DNA of 35,897 nucleotides from Lachnospiraceae bacterium (lineage in GTDB: Bacteria; Bacillota; Clostridia; Lachnospirales; Lachnospiraceae). Positions 26,249 to 32,985 of this stretch are shown here, piece by piece. The position numbers and the translations under genes are program-made. The notes under the pieces are model-generated. The model was not told the origin of the DNA. It was given only the letters and a program-made list of their open reading frames with translations, and did no database searches. The DNA lies in the NCBI GenBank assembly GCA_009787745.1, contig WQST01000002.1, positions 1 through 35,897 on the forward strand, written 5' to 3'. Numbering within the stretch: the stretch's first letter is position 1; each line of letters opens with the position of its first letter.

Positions 26249-28594
26249 TCAATAACCCAAGTAACTCAAATTCATATCGACGTTCCCATTAATCCCATTA
26301 ACCCGTCCCCTATCAGTATATTGCCATAAATCATACCGAGTCGTCGCATAATTAGTCTGCGAAGTATAATGCGCAAGCCAAATCTTATATGAAGTCAATT
26401 CCCTCGTATTAATCTGCGTTTCAAACCAACTCTTATTGGAATAAATCCCGGGCGTATACCCTGAATTTTGAACCGTCTTCGCAAAAGCATGACAAACCGC
26501 TGTCCGCGTCGCTCTGTCAATCCTATCACCGCGTCCCCCTGACGCTTCCACATCAATAAACACAGGATAAGAAATGCGGAACTCATTAATCAAACTAAGA
26601 GTCATTGAAGCCTCTTCGATAGCTTCCCGCTCATTAGTCGCCTGACTATAGAAATATACCCCAACCTTAAGCCCTGCCGCAATCGCACCTCTGGCATTCG
26701 CCTTAAATGTCGGATCTTCAATCATTGCACCTGTCGATGAACCACGATATCCGCAGCGAATAATCACATAAGAAATACCTGAATTTTTAACCGCATTCCA
26801 ATTTATCGTCCCATTCCACTTGGAAACATCAATCCCCAGCTGACCCGAACCAAGCGTCAGCGCGCCGTCACTGGCGAAGAAATATTTGGCGCCTTGTATT
26901 ATTTGCTCCCCTGTGACTTTTTTCCCATTTTTATCAAAGAAATATGTATGACCGTCTAACTGCTGCCATCCTGTATACCGATAAATAGGTGTATTAATTG
27001 TTCTTTGTAAATAAAATCTGGTTTCTTTAAAATAATCGGCAAAAACAGCGGCGGTAAATTCACCGTTTGCTTTTTTGATAAATACTCTTTTCCCATCCCG
27101 ATCAACCAAACTTGAACTCGTGTCATTCCGCGCTTTGTTAGGTGACGGCGACGGTGATGCCGACGGCGACGGAGACGCACTGGGCGATGGTGACGCACTG
27201 GGCGACGGCGATGCGCTGGGCGACGGCGATGCCGAAGGTGACGCGCTTGGTGACGGCGATGCGCTTGGCGACGCACTTGGTGTTGGCGACGCACTCGGTG
27301 ATGGCGAAGGCGACGCTGACGGGGTCGGTAATGGCAATTGTGTCGGCGACGGCTCAGGATTAGGCTCAGCTGTCGGGGTCGGCGACGGATCAGACGATGG
27401 GGTCGGCGACGGCTCAGGCTCATTATTTTCCGGCGGTTCGATTACCGCCGCCATTACCGTCAAAGAAAAGGGGCTTACACTCAATCCTGCGCTTACGCCC
27501 GGTTCAGGAATCGTATTCTTTAGGATTTCGTCAAATTCAAATGCCGAACTATCACTAATCAAAGTTCTGGTTGATTCAACCCACTCAACCGTATCAACAT
27601 TTACCGACTCAACGGCAAGCTCAATTTTCGTATCTTCCTGCGCGACATTAACCTGTGATTCCTTCTTTATCTCATTGCTGATATCAATCTTTTTAAATTC
27701 AATCGTATCTGTAACAGTAAAAGATACTGCACTTGTACTAAAAATAAAATCCTTCAAATCATCAGCGGCAATCATTGCTACTTCGTATTTACCCGGGGCA
27801 ATATTGTCAAGATGGATTATTCCCGTGCGGTTTTCATCGATATAAGTCTTAGTTCTTTGACTCGGGTCGGTGACATTTACAGAAAAAGGAGCGTTAGGAA
27901 CTAATTTTCCCGTCTTCTCACTGACAAACTTAATTTTCAGATCTTTAAAAACTGACGACATATCCATAAAAACGCGGATAAATTCATCTTCTTCAATTAT
28001 CTCTTCCTCTTCATAGGCATATTCAGCCGCTAAACGCTTTGCTATCTGCGCTTCATGCATAGCCAATAACCCATCCTGCCCGATTATTGTGATATGCTCT
28101 GTCTGGCTGCCGATATTCGCGAATGTCTCTAACTGTCTTTCTTCTCCCCGCGCATTAAAATAAAACGACCCTGCAAAAATAACTACCGCTAATACAATAA
28201 CACCTGTTACTCCAACTATATAATCGACCGTTGTAAGATTTCTGAAAAAATCCAAGATGCGTTCAAAGATAGGATTATCATCGTATTCATCCTCTTCGTA
28301 ATCTTCATCTTCGTCATCATATTCTTCATCTTCATAATACTCTTCATCATCTTCATATTCCTCATCATCACTATCTGAATATGAATCCGATTCCTCTTCA
28401 TATGTGATATCTAAAGCAAATCCGTCTTCATCAACATATTCGATTTCATTAGCAAAAAAATCTTCATCATCAAGGGTCTCTTCCGTGATTTCCTCAATGA
28501 CAAGATCATCAAAATCATCTTCGTCATAGTCTGCCGTAAGATTATTATTTTCATCGTATGCGTCGATATTGTTTTTGTGGTATTTTTTTCGCAT
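26249..28594 (-). CDS. Large membrane-anchored GH25 muramidase: ~115-aa acidic cytoplasmic tail, TM, Ig-like domain, Pro/Ser/Thr-rich linker, cell-wall-binding (CW_binding_1-like) repeats, GH25 domain
   Basis: 781-aa ORF with SD GGAGAG. The acidic N-terminus reads DEEYEDDEEYYEDEEYDDEDEDYEEDEYDD. The TM is YIVGVTGVIVLAVVIFAGSFYF. The linker reads SPSPSASPSASPSPSAS. The CW repeats read YTGWQQLDGHTYFFDKNGKKVTGEQIIQGAKYFFASDGAL. The GH25 core is [32 protein letters not shown] .. VGVYFY .. PVFIDVE .. LWQYTDRGRVNGINGNVDMN. Confidence 0.88.
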   Translation of the reverse strand: MRKKYHKNNIDAYDENNNLTADYDEDDFDDLVIEEITEETLDDEDFFANEIEYVDEDGFALDITYEEESDSYSDSDDEEYEDDEEYYEDEEYDDEDEDYEEDEYDDNPIFERILDFFRNLTTVDYIVGVTGVIVLAVVIFAGSFYFNARGEERQLETFANIGSQTEHITIIGQDGLLAMHEAQIAKRLAAEYAYEEEEIIEEDEFIRVFMDMSSVFKDLKIKFVSEKTGKLVPNAPFSVNVTDPSQRTKTYIDENRTGIIHLDNIAPGKYEVAMIAADDLKDFIFSTSAVSFTVTDTIEFKKIDISNEIKKESQVNVAQEDTKIELAVESVNVDTVEWVESTRTLISDSSAFEFDEILKNTIPEPGVSAGLSVSPFSLTVMAAVIEPPENNEPEPSPTPSSDPSPTPTAEPNPEPSPTQLPLPTPSASPSPSPSASPTPSASPSASPSPSASPSASPSPSASPSPSASPSPSASPSPSASPSPSPNKARNDTSSSLVDRDGKRVFIKKANGEFTAAVFADYFKETRFYLQRTINTPIYRYTGWQQLDGHTYFFDKNGKKVTGEQIIQGAKYFFASDGALTLGSGQLGIDVSKWNGTINWNAVKNSGISYVIIRCGYRGSSTGAMIEDPTFKANARGAIAAGLKVGVYFYSQATNEREAIEEASMTLSLINEFRISYPVFIDVEASGGRGDRIDRATRTAVCHAFAKTVQNSGYTPGIYSNKSWFETQINTRELTSYKIWLAHYTSQTNYATTRYDLWQYTDRGRVNGINGNVDMNLSYLGY
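27140..27440 (-). repeat. Imperfect in-frame 12/18-nt tandem repeats encoding the (S/T)P(S/A)-rich linker of the large GH25 protein
   Basis: Plus-strand units include GGCGATGGTGACGCACTG, GGCGACGGCGATGCGCTG and GGCGACGGCGATGCCGAA. There is also a 17-nt duplicate GTCGGCGACGGCTCAGG at 27342-27358 and 27402-27418. The region is locally GC-rich relative to its flanks. Confidence 0.85.
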
Positions 28595-28633
28595 CCGGAA
28601 CTCTCCGAAAATTATTTTAATTATTTCGTAATG

Positions 28634-28662
28634 ATAGTAACATAATATCTGGAAAATTGCAA
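28634..28662 (-). promoter_or_regulatory. Sigma-70-type promoter TTGCAA-17 nt-TACTAT heading the long minus-strand polysaccharide operon
   Basis: On the minus strand, -35 TTGCAA is at 28662-28657, the spacer is 17 nt, and -10 TACTAT is at 28639-28634, about 40 nt upstream of ATG 28594. Confidence 0.5.
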
Positions 28663-28790
28663 ATTTCTTTCGTATTTTCTAAAACGCGATAACTTAATTC
28701 AGCATTTTCTTGACTTTTGTCCCAAATACCGGCAAAATATTTATGTAAACAAATGAACTGCTGTCACTATTGGTATAAGGGGTAAAATTT

Positions 28791-29081
28791 ATGATGTACA
28801 TGCATTACTGCCCACAATGTAAACGTATGTTTATGTTAAATGGTCATCACTTAACATGTCCAAAATGCACGGAGTCGATCTCTGAGTTAAAAATCTCATA
28901 CATCGATTACGTAAAGTTGGATATGGACGAGCGTAAGGCATTTAAAATTAATTGCGAAAATGAATATCAATTAAATGTCTTAAGCACTACATACCGAATG
29001 CACAAATATAGCAAATGGTATCGCGAGATGTTTAACGAAGAGAGTCTCCCTGTTTATCGGGAAGTTATTCATCAAGAATAA
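28791..29081 (+). CDS. Small (96 aa) CxxC..CxxC zinc-ribbon protein, function unknown
   Basis: SD AAGGGG lies 8 nt upstream of ATG 28791. The N-terminus is YCPQCKRMFMLNGHHLTCPKC. The rest is a basic/aromatic helical-looking tail. The 3' end overlaps the convergent gene by 17 nt. Confidence 0.55.
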   Translation: MMYMHYCPQCKRMFMLNGHHLTCPKCTESISELKISYIDYVKLDMDERKAFKINCENEYQLNVLSTTYRMHKYSKWYREMFNEESLPVYREVIHQE

Positions 29082-30030
29082 TTTCCGCAACACGTTTGGC
29101 GAGCAATCTCCTTCCGACATCATTATAATGCATGTGATCACGCATATATTCATGAAAATTTTCTTCATGAATCGTGCCAAAGTAATTATCAATAAAGGTA
29201 ATTCCACTGCTTGTCGCTACTTGAAAGCCCATAATCAGATAATGCGGTATATCACCATTACCCAGGTCTGTGACTGTGCCGTTATGAAGTACGCCTTCCT
29301 CATCCATATACATAGCATAGGAATGCGACATCATGATGATTCTTATATGCGGATAATGTTCTTTAAAGACTTCAATCGAGGTACGAAGCGAACCTGTATA
29401 AGCATCGATATTATACTCATTATTAGGGTCGTCAGCAGGTGATAATTGATTATAATCAGTTGTATCGTACATCATGACCAAAACATCTATTTTGTTAAGA
29501 TCTAGGTTCTCTAAAACATCTACGGCATCCGCATAGCGCTTGTCCTGAGTTTTGCCCGCTGATTCTCTTAGGTAGGCAAAATCATTATTAACCAATGCCA
29601 TCGTTACATAAAAGAGTCCGAATGATTCGGCGACATTAGCGGGCGCTTTTCTGTTTGCAATCATCGAATCGGGAAAAGCACCGTTATAAGTGATACCGGC
29701 GGTTTCTTTGGCGATCAGCTGTGCCAGCCCGTTTTCTCCTGTTTCATCACTAAAAGGGTTATTTCCCAGACATAATATATGAAGTTCACCGTCGTCTTCC
29801 CGCCCTTCCAATAACCGCGGATCCATGTGCATAATAAAATCAAGCGGTTCAACATCGAAATCAGTATTAATCAGATCAGGATCATACGAAGATTCAACCC
29901 CCTTATTCCATCTAAGCAGAATAAACAGCGTAATTAAGAAAATAATAACAATTATCACTATAATAATAAGATGGTAATTGATTTTAATATTTTTGAGCCG
30001 GTTTTTGAACAAGTTTAGTTTTTCTTGCAT
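29065..30030 (-). CDS. N-terminally membrane-anchored extracytoplasmic SGNH/GDSL-like hydrolase-fold protein with atypical block I
   Basis: The TM is LIIIVIIVIIFLITLFILL. Block-like motifs: ILCLGNNPFSD (where GDS is expected), NGAFPDS, VMMYDTTDYN (GxND-like) and MRDHMHYN (DxxH). No obvious SD precedes ATG 30030. Confidence 0.45.
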   Translation of the reverse strand: MQEKLNLFKNRLKNIKINYHLIIIVIIVIIFLITLFILLRWNKGVESSYDPDLINTDFDVEPLDFIMHMDPRLLEGREDDGELHILCLGNNPFSDETGENGLAQLIAKETAGITYNGAFPDSMIANRKAPANVAESFGLFYVTMALVNNDFAYLRESAGKTQDKRYADAVDVLENLDLNKIDVLVMMYDTTDYNQLSPADDPNNEYNIDAYTGSLRTSIEVFKEHYPHIRIIMMSHSYAMYMDEEGVLHNGTVTDLGNGDIPHYLIMGFQVATSSGITFIDNYFGTIHEENFHEYMRDHMHYNDVGRRLLAKRVAEIILDE

Positions 30031-30118
30031 AGTAGTAGTTTACTATTTAATCGGAAAAAAATCCAGATAATATTAATTAAGTTATTATTAAGAGCGCAAT
30101 AAGCGTGAAAATATTTAT

Positions 30119-30146
30119 TTGACTTTAGTAGAAATCATGATATAAT
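30119..30146 (+). promoter_or_regulatory. Sigma-70-type promoter TTGACT-16 nt-TATAAT with TG extended -10, in front of the small DMT pair
   Basis: -35 TTGACT is at 30119-30124. TGA TATAAT has -10 at 30141-30146 and TG at 30138-30139. GGAG is at 30165-30168 and the ATG at 30177. Confidence 0.6.
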
Positions 30147-30176
30147 GGGACATTGTTTACCGACGGAGATATGTTA

Positions 30177-30575
30177 ATGAAAGAAAAAAGCGTTAGTCCG
30201 AAACACCGCCCGCATAAAATAAAACTAAAAGATATCCTCATTCTCCAGGCAGTTTTCATAATTTACAGTATGTCGTCAGTCGGCTCTAAGCTCGCATCAC
30301 AGGCACTTGACTCTTTTGAATCGATTTTTACCCTCCGCTTTATTTTGCCTGCTTTGATGGTCGTCATGATTCTCGGCATCTATGCGATTATCTGGCAACA
30401 AATCATTAAGCGCTTTGATATCTCGATTGCTTACGCCAACAAAGCAACGACACTTTTATGGAGTTTGGTTTGGGGGCTTTTATTATTTAATGAAACGATT
30501 ACCTTACCGAAAGTTTTGGGGATTGCGATTGTCTTTTCAGGCGTAATTATTATGAACAGCGAGGCAATATCCTAA
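30177..30575 (+). CDS. Small 4-TM EamA/SMR-like (DMT superfamily) membrane protein, ArnF-sized
   Basis: ORF track 30153..30575 (TTG). I prefer ATG 30177 (MKEKSV), 8 nt after GGAG. There are four hydrophobic segments (ILILQAVFIIYSMSSVG, ILPALMVVMILGIYAIIW, TTLLWSLVWGLLLF, VLGIAIVFSGVIIM). Confidence 0.65.
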   Translation: MKEKSVSPKHRPHKIKLKDILILQAVFIIYSMSSVGSKLASQALDSFESIFTLRFILPALMVVMILGIYAIIWQQIIKRFDISIAYANKATTLLWSLVWGLLLFNETITLPKVLGIAIVFSGVIIMNSEAIS

Positions 30576-30621
30576 ACGTTGTTTTTTTCGCAAGCTCTGC
30601 TTCGAAATGCAAGGGGTGTAA

Positions 30622-30957
30622 ATGAACCATTTTGTCCTAATTTCATTAACAGGGGTTACGGTTGCTTCTTTTTCACAAATAATCCTAAAAAAGAGTTCCA
30701 ACCGAAAATATCCGAACCGCATCCGCGAATACCTAAATCCTTTGGTTATCTGCGGTTACGGAATGATGTTCCTAGCGCTGGCATTTTCTATTTATGCTTA
30801 TTCGGGGCTGGAATTTACGAATGTGCCGCTGCTTGAATCAGCGGGATATATAATTGTAATGTTTTTAGGCTATTTCTTTTTTAAAGAAAAAATCACAAAA
30901 CGAAAGCTGACGGGAACATTGCTGATTATTCTGGGGATATTTGTTTATCATTTATAG
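30622..30957 (+). CDS. Small 4-TM EamA/SMR-like (DMT superfamily) membrane protein, ArnE-sized
   Basis: SD AAGGGG lies 5 nt upstream. 111 aa with four hydrophobic segments (FVLISLTGVTVASFSQIIL, LVICGYGMMFLALAFSIYAY, AGYIIVMFLGYFFF, LTGTLLIILGIFVY). Confidence 0.65.
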   Translation: MNHFVLISLTGVTVASFSQIILKKSSNRKYPNRIREYLNPLVICGYGMMFLALAFSIYAYSGLEFTNVPLLESAGYIIVMFLGYFFFKEKITKRKLTGTLLIILGIFVYHL

Positions 30958-31773
30958 TTAAGGGGTATTGGGGCGCTTCGGCAGGTAAGGCCCGTATTTT
31001 TCCCGAATCACATCCGCGGTCACTTCATCACGATAAATTAGAAAACCATCAATCAAATCCGCCTGAACCAAGCCATAGTTTTCAGGGTCGTCACTCGTTA
31101 CGCGGGTTAAATGAATAATAATATAATTCACTTCCCGTTCTCTCGTTGCTAAAAGCAATTCAGGAATATCGATTATTTCCGCTTCCATCGCCTGATACAC
31201 GGGGTGGTCGCTAAACCCCCAGCGCTCGACAAGCGCCGCCCGCCCGTATGCCAGAGAGATATCCGTTGTATATTGGCGCACGAAATGAATATGCTCTTTC
31301 GGGAAAGCGGCATTAATATAATTAAATTCCGCATCCGCAAGCAAAAAATCGCAGACATTAATCGTGACCGTGGGGATATTATAAAGATTTTCGGCTCTGG
31401 TTATATGGGGACTCCGATAAACCAAAGTTCCGCACAGGGCAATCAAAACCGCCGTTACTATCAAACCGATACACCGATGTTTGGCAAACAGCTTACATCC
31501 CGCATAAGCAATTGTGATTCCCATAGGAAGCAACCAGAGAATCCGATAATAAGTTTCCTGATCCAAATCAATCGCAATATAAAACCAGCGTAAAAGCGGC
31601 ATCAGAAAGACAAACAGAATCGTCAGGGGCGCATAAATAATCAGCGCGCGGAGACGTTTCTCCTTCTCAGCGAAAAGAAGATAGATAACGGCCGCCAGAT
31701 AAAGAAAAAATAAATAGCGGGCGCCTGTATAATTCTTAAGGATTTCAACACATTCCCTGAATATATCGTACAT
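30958..31773 (-). CDS. Membrane protein: 4-5 N-terminal TMs plus ~150-aa C-terminal soluble (probably extracytoplasmic) domain, function unknown
   Basis: 271-aa ORF. TMs include YLFFLYLAAVIYLLF, ALIIYAPLTILFVFLMPLL, ILWLLPMGITIAYAG and IGLIVTAVLIALCGTLVY. The hydrophilic tail reads PTVTINVCDFLL..VNYIIIHLTR. Its stop abuts the convergent + strand stop with a 0-nt gap. Confidence 0.6.
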   Translation of the reverse strand: MYDIFRECVEILKNYTGARYLFFLYLAAVIYLLFAEKEKRLRALIIYAPLTILFVFLMPLLRWFYIAIDLDQETYYRILWLLPMGITIAYAGCKLFAKHRCIGLIVTAVLIALCGTLVYRSPHITRAENLYNIPTVTINVCDFLLADAEFNYINAAFPKEHIHFVRQYTTDISLAYGRAALVERWGFSDHPVYQAMEAEIIDIPELLLATREREVNYIIIHLTRVTSDDPENYGLVQADLIDGFLIYRDEVTADVIREKYGPYLPKRPNTP

Positions 31774-31836
31774 ATTTTCTTTGCCTTTCTAAAGTTAAGC
31801 ATAAGCGAACGTGAGTTCTTTCGCCTGCGTAAAGCC

Positions 31837-32961
31837 TTAAACAATTTTTATTAAATAATAAATTAGCATAAAGATAAAACCGGGAATACACGCTAAAAGG
31901 GATTTAAACAATATTTTAAATTTGCGGTAAAAAATCGCCAAATAAAAACTTAACGCCCCCGTCAGGATTATTGACAAAAAAACCGCCATGGAACTTGATA
32001 TCCCTGCCGCCCATATTAACGAACCCAAAAGTATATAATAAATAAGATGGTCTTTATCCTCTTGCAAATTTTCACCAATAACCAAAAACAGCCAAATAAT
32101 TGCGGGAACAATAAAATTAGCGGCAAAGGATTTACCCTGCCATGTCCGCGTCATTAGGAATGTTTCGTTAGTATAAATCGAGACATTCCCAAACATTTGC
32201 ATTACCGCAATAAGCACCATGAAAATCGGTAATGATTCAAGTTTTGACTTAAGTAAACTTTTGCCGATTTGAAAATAAATCAGATAGGTCATAGGCAGAA
32301 GAAAAAGCGGGATAATACTGTGTGCCAGAATCGTCGGATGAATCCGGGCTTTCTCGGCAATCATCGCAAGCCAAAGCGGAAAAGCCGCCATTGCATGGCG
32401 GGGGTTTAAAGCGGTACTAGACCCCGTATAAGCATCAATCCGAAAAAGGACATCGCGTTCAACCGCCGTCAATGACTGAACTATATAGTATGCGTCATCG
32501 CCGTCGAATGAAGCATGAATAAGTGACATAAACAGCTGAAAGCCCAGAATCATCAAGAAAAATAACCAAATTATTTTCGCTTCCCACGTAAGGGTTTTGC
32601 CGATTAAAATTTCTTTTAAGAACTGTACCGCAGATTTAAGCGCCGACTTAAACCTTATTCGTTTAAAGACTGCGGGAACAACCATCTCTGTCCCGAACCC
32701 GATTCCCGCCAAAACATATACTATCGGCGTAAAATTTTTAAGCAGAATTGTCAATCCGTCATAAATAACGTTTAGCGTCACAATCAGGGCAACCAATTCA
32801 AAAACTGCGAAAAAGATGATATATCCAAGCAGAAAAACCACCCCCCATGTGCGTCTTTCTTTTGGCAAGAAGCGCGCCGGAAGCAAACCGACCCCGAAAG
32901 GGATAATCAAGAGCCATAGTGTGAGGCTTAAAAGTTGTAAAATCATTTGTAAAATATGCAT
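31837..32961 (-). CDS. Polytopic (~10-11 TM) membrane protein with acidic loop motif FDGDDAYY; candidate GT-C-like or polymerase/ligase-like envelope glycan enzyme
   Basis: 374-aa ORF with SD AAGGA 8 nt upstream. Hydrophobic segments run throughout. A hydrophilic loop after the fourth TM reads HASFDGDDAYYIVQSLTAVERDVLFRIDAYTGSSTALNPRH. Confidence 0.55.
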   Translation of the reverse strand: MHILQMILQLLSLTLWLLIIPFGVGLLPARFLPKERRTWGVVFLLGYIIFFAVFELVALIVTLNVIYDGLTILLKNFTPIVYVLAGIGFGTEMVVPAVFKRIRFKSALKSAVQFLKEILIGKTLTWEAKIIWLFFLMILGFQLFMSLIHASFDGDDAYYIVQSLTAVERDVLFRIDAYTGSSTALNPRHAMAAFPLWLAMIAEKARIHPTILAHSIIPLFLLPMTYLIYFQIGKSLLKSKLESLPIFMVLIAVMQMFGNVSIYTNETFLMTRTWQGKSFAANFIVPAIIWLFLVIGENLQEDKDHLIYYILLGSLIWAAGISSSMAVFLSIILTGALSFYLAIFYRKFKILFKSLLACIPGFIFMLIYYLIKIV

Positions 32962-32985
32962 GGATATTTTCCTTAATTAGAATTG

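Noticed and set aside
27140-27440. Short tandem repeats that could superficially suggest a CRISPR-like or other non-coding array.
   Set aside because: The units are 12-18 nt, contiguous with no spacers, imperfect, and keep the reading frame of the surrounding GH25 gene. No cas genes are present. This is a coding linker repeat.
26956-27845. Several long ORFs through the GC-rich repeat region: + strand 27075..27845 with a GDGDGDADGDGDALGDGD product, + 27142..27363, + 27338..27523, and - 26956..27423 with an RRRP/HRR-rich product.
   Set aside because: They are mirror-strand or shifted-frame readings of the in-frame (S/T)P(S/A) linker repeats of the 781-aa GH25 protein. Their composition is low-complexity, they have no SD, and they sit fully inside a well-supported gene.
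30579-30836. 85-aa + strand ORF overlapping the second small DMT gene in another frame.
   Set aside because: The 30622 frame has an SD (AAGGGG) and yields a clean 4-TM protein. The 30579 frame gives a non-membrane, low-plausibility product with no SD.
30958-32961. The 374-aa and 271-aa membrane-protein ORFs are in the same reading frame, suggesting one gene split by a single nonsense mutation (pseudogene).
   Set aside because: Translating the 63-nt gap gives three in-frame stops (TAA 31839-31837, TAA 31797-31795, TAG 31791-31789). The downstream ORF has its own ATG. I treat them as two genes.
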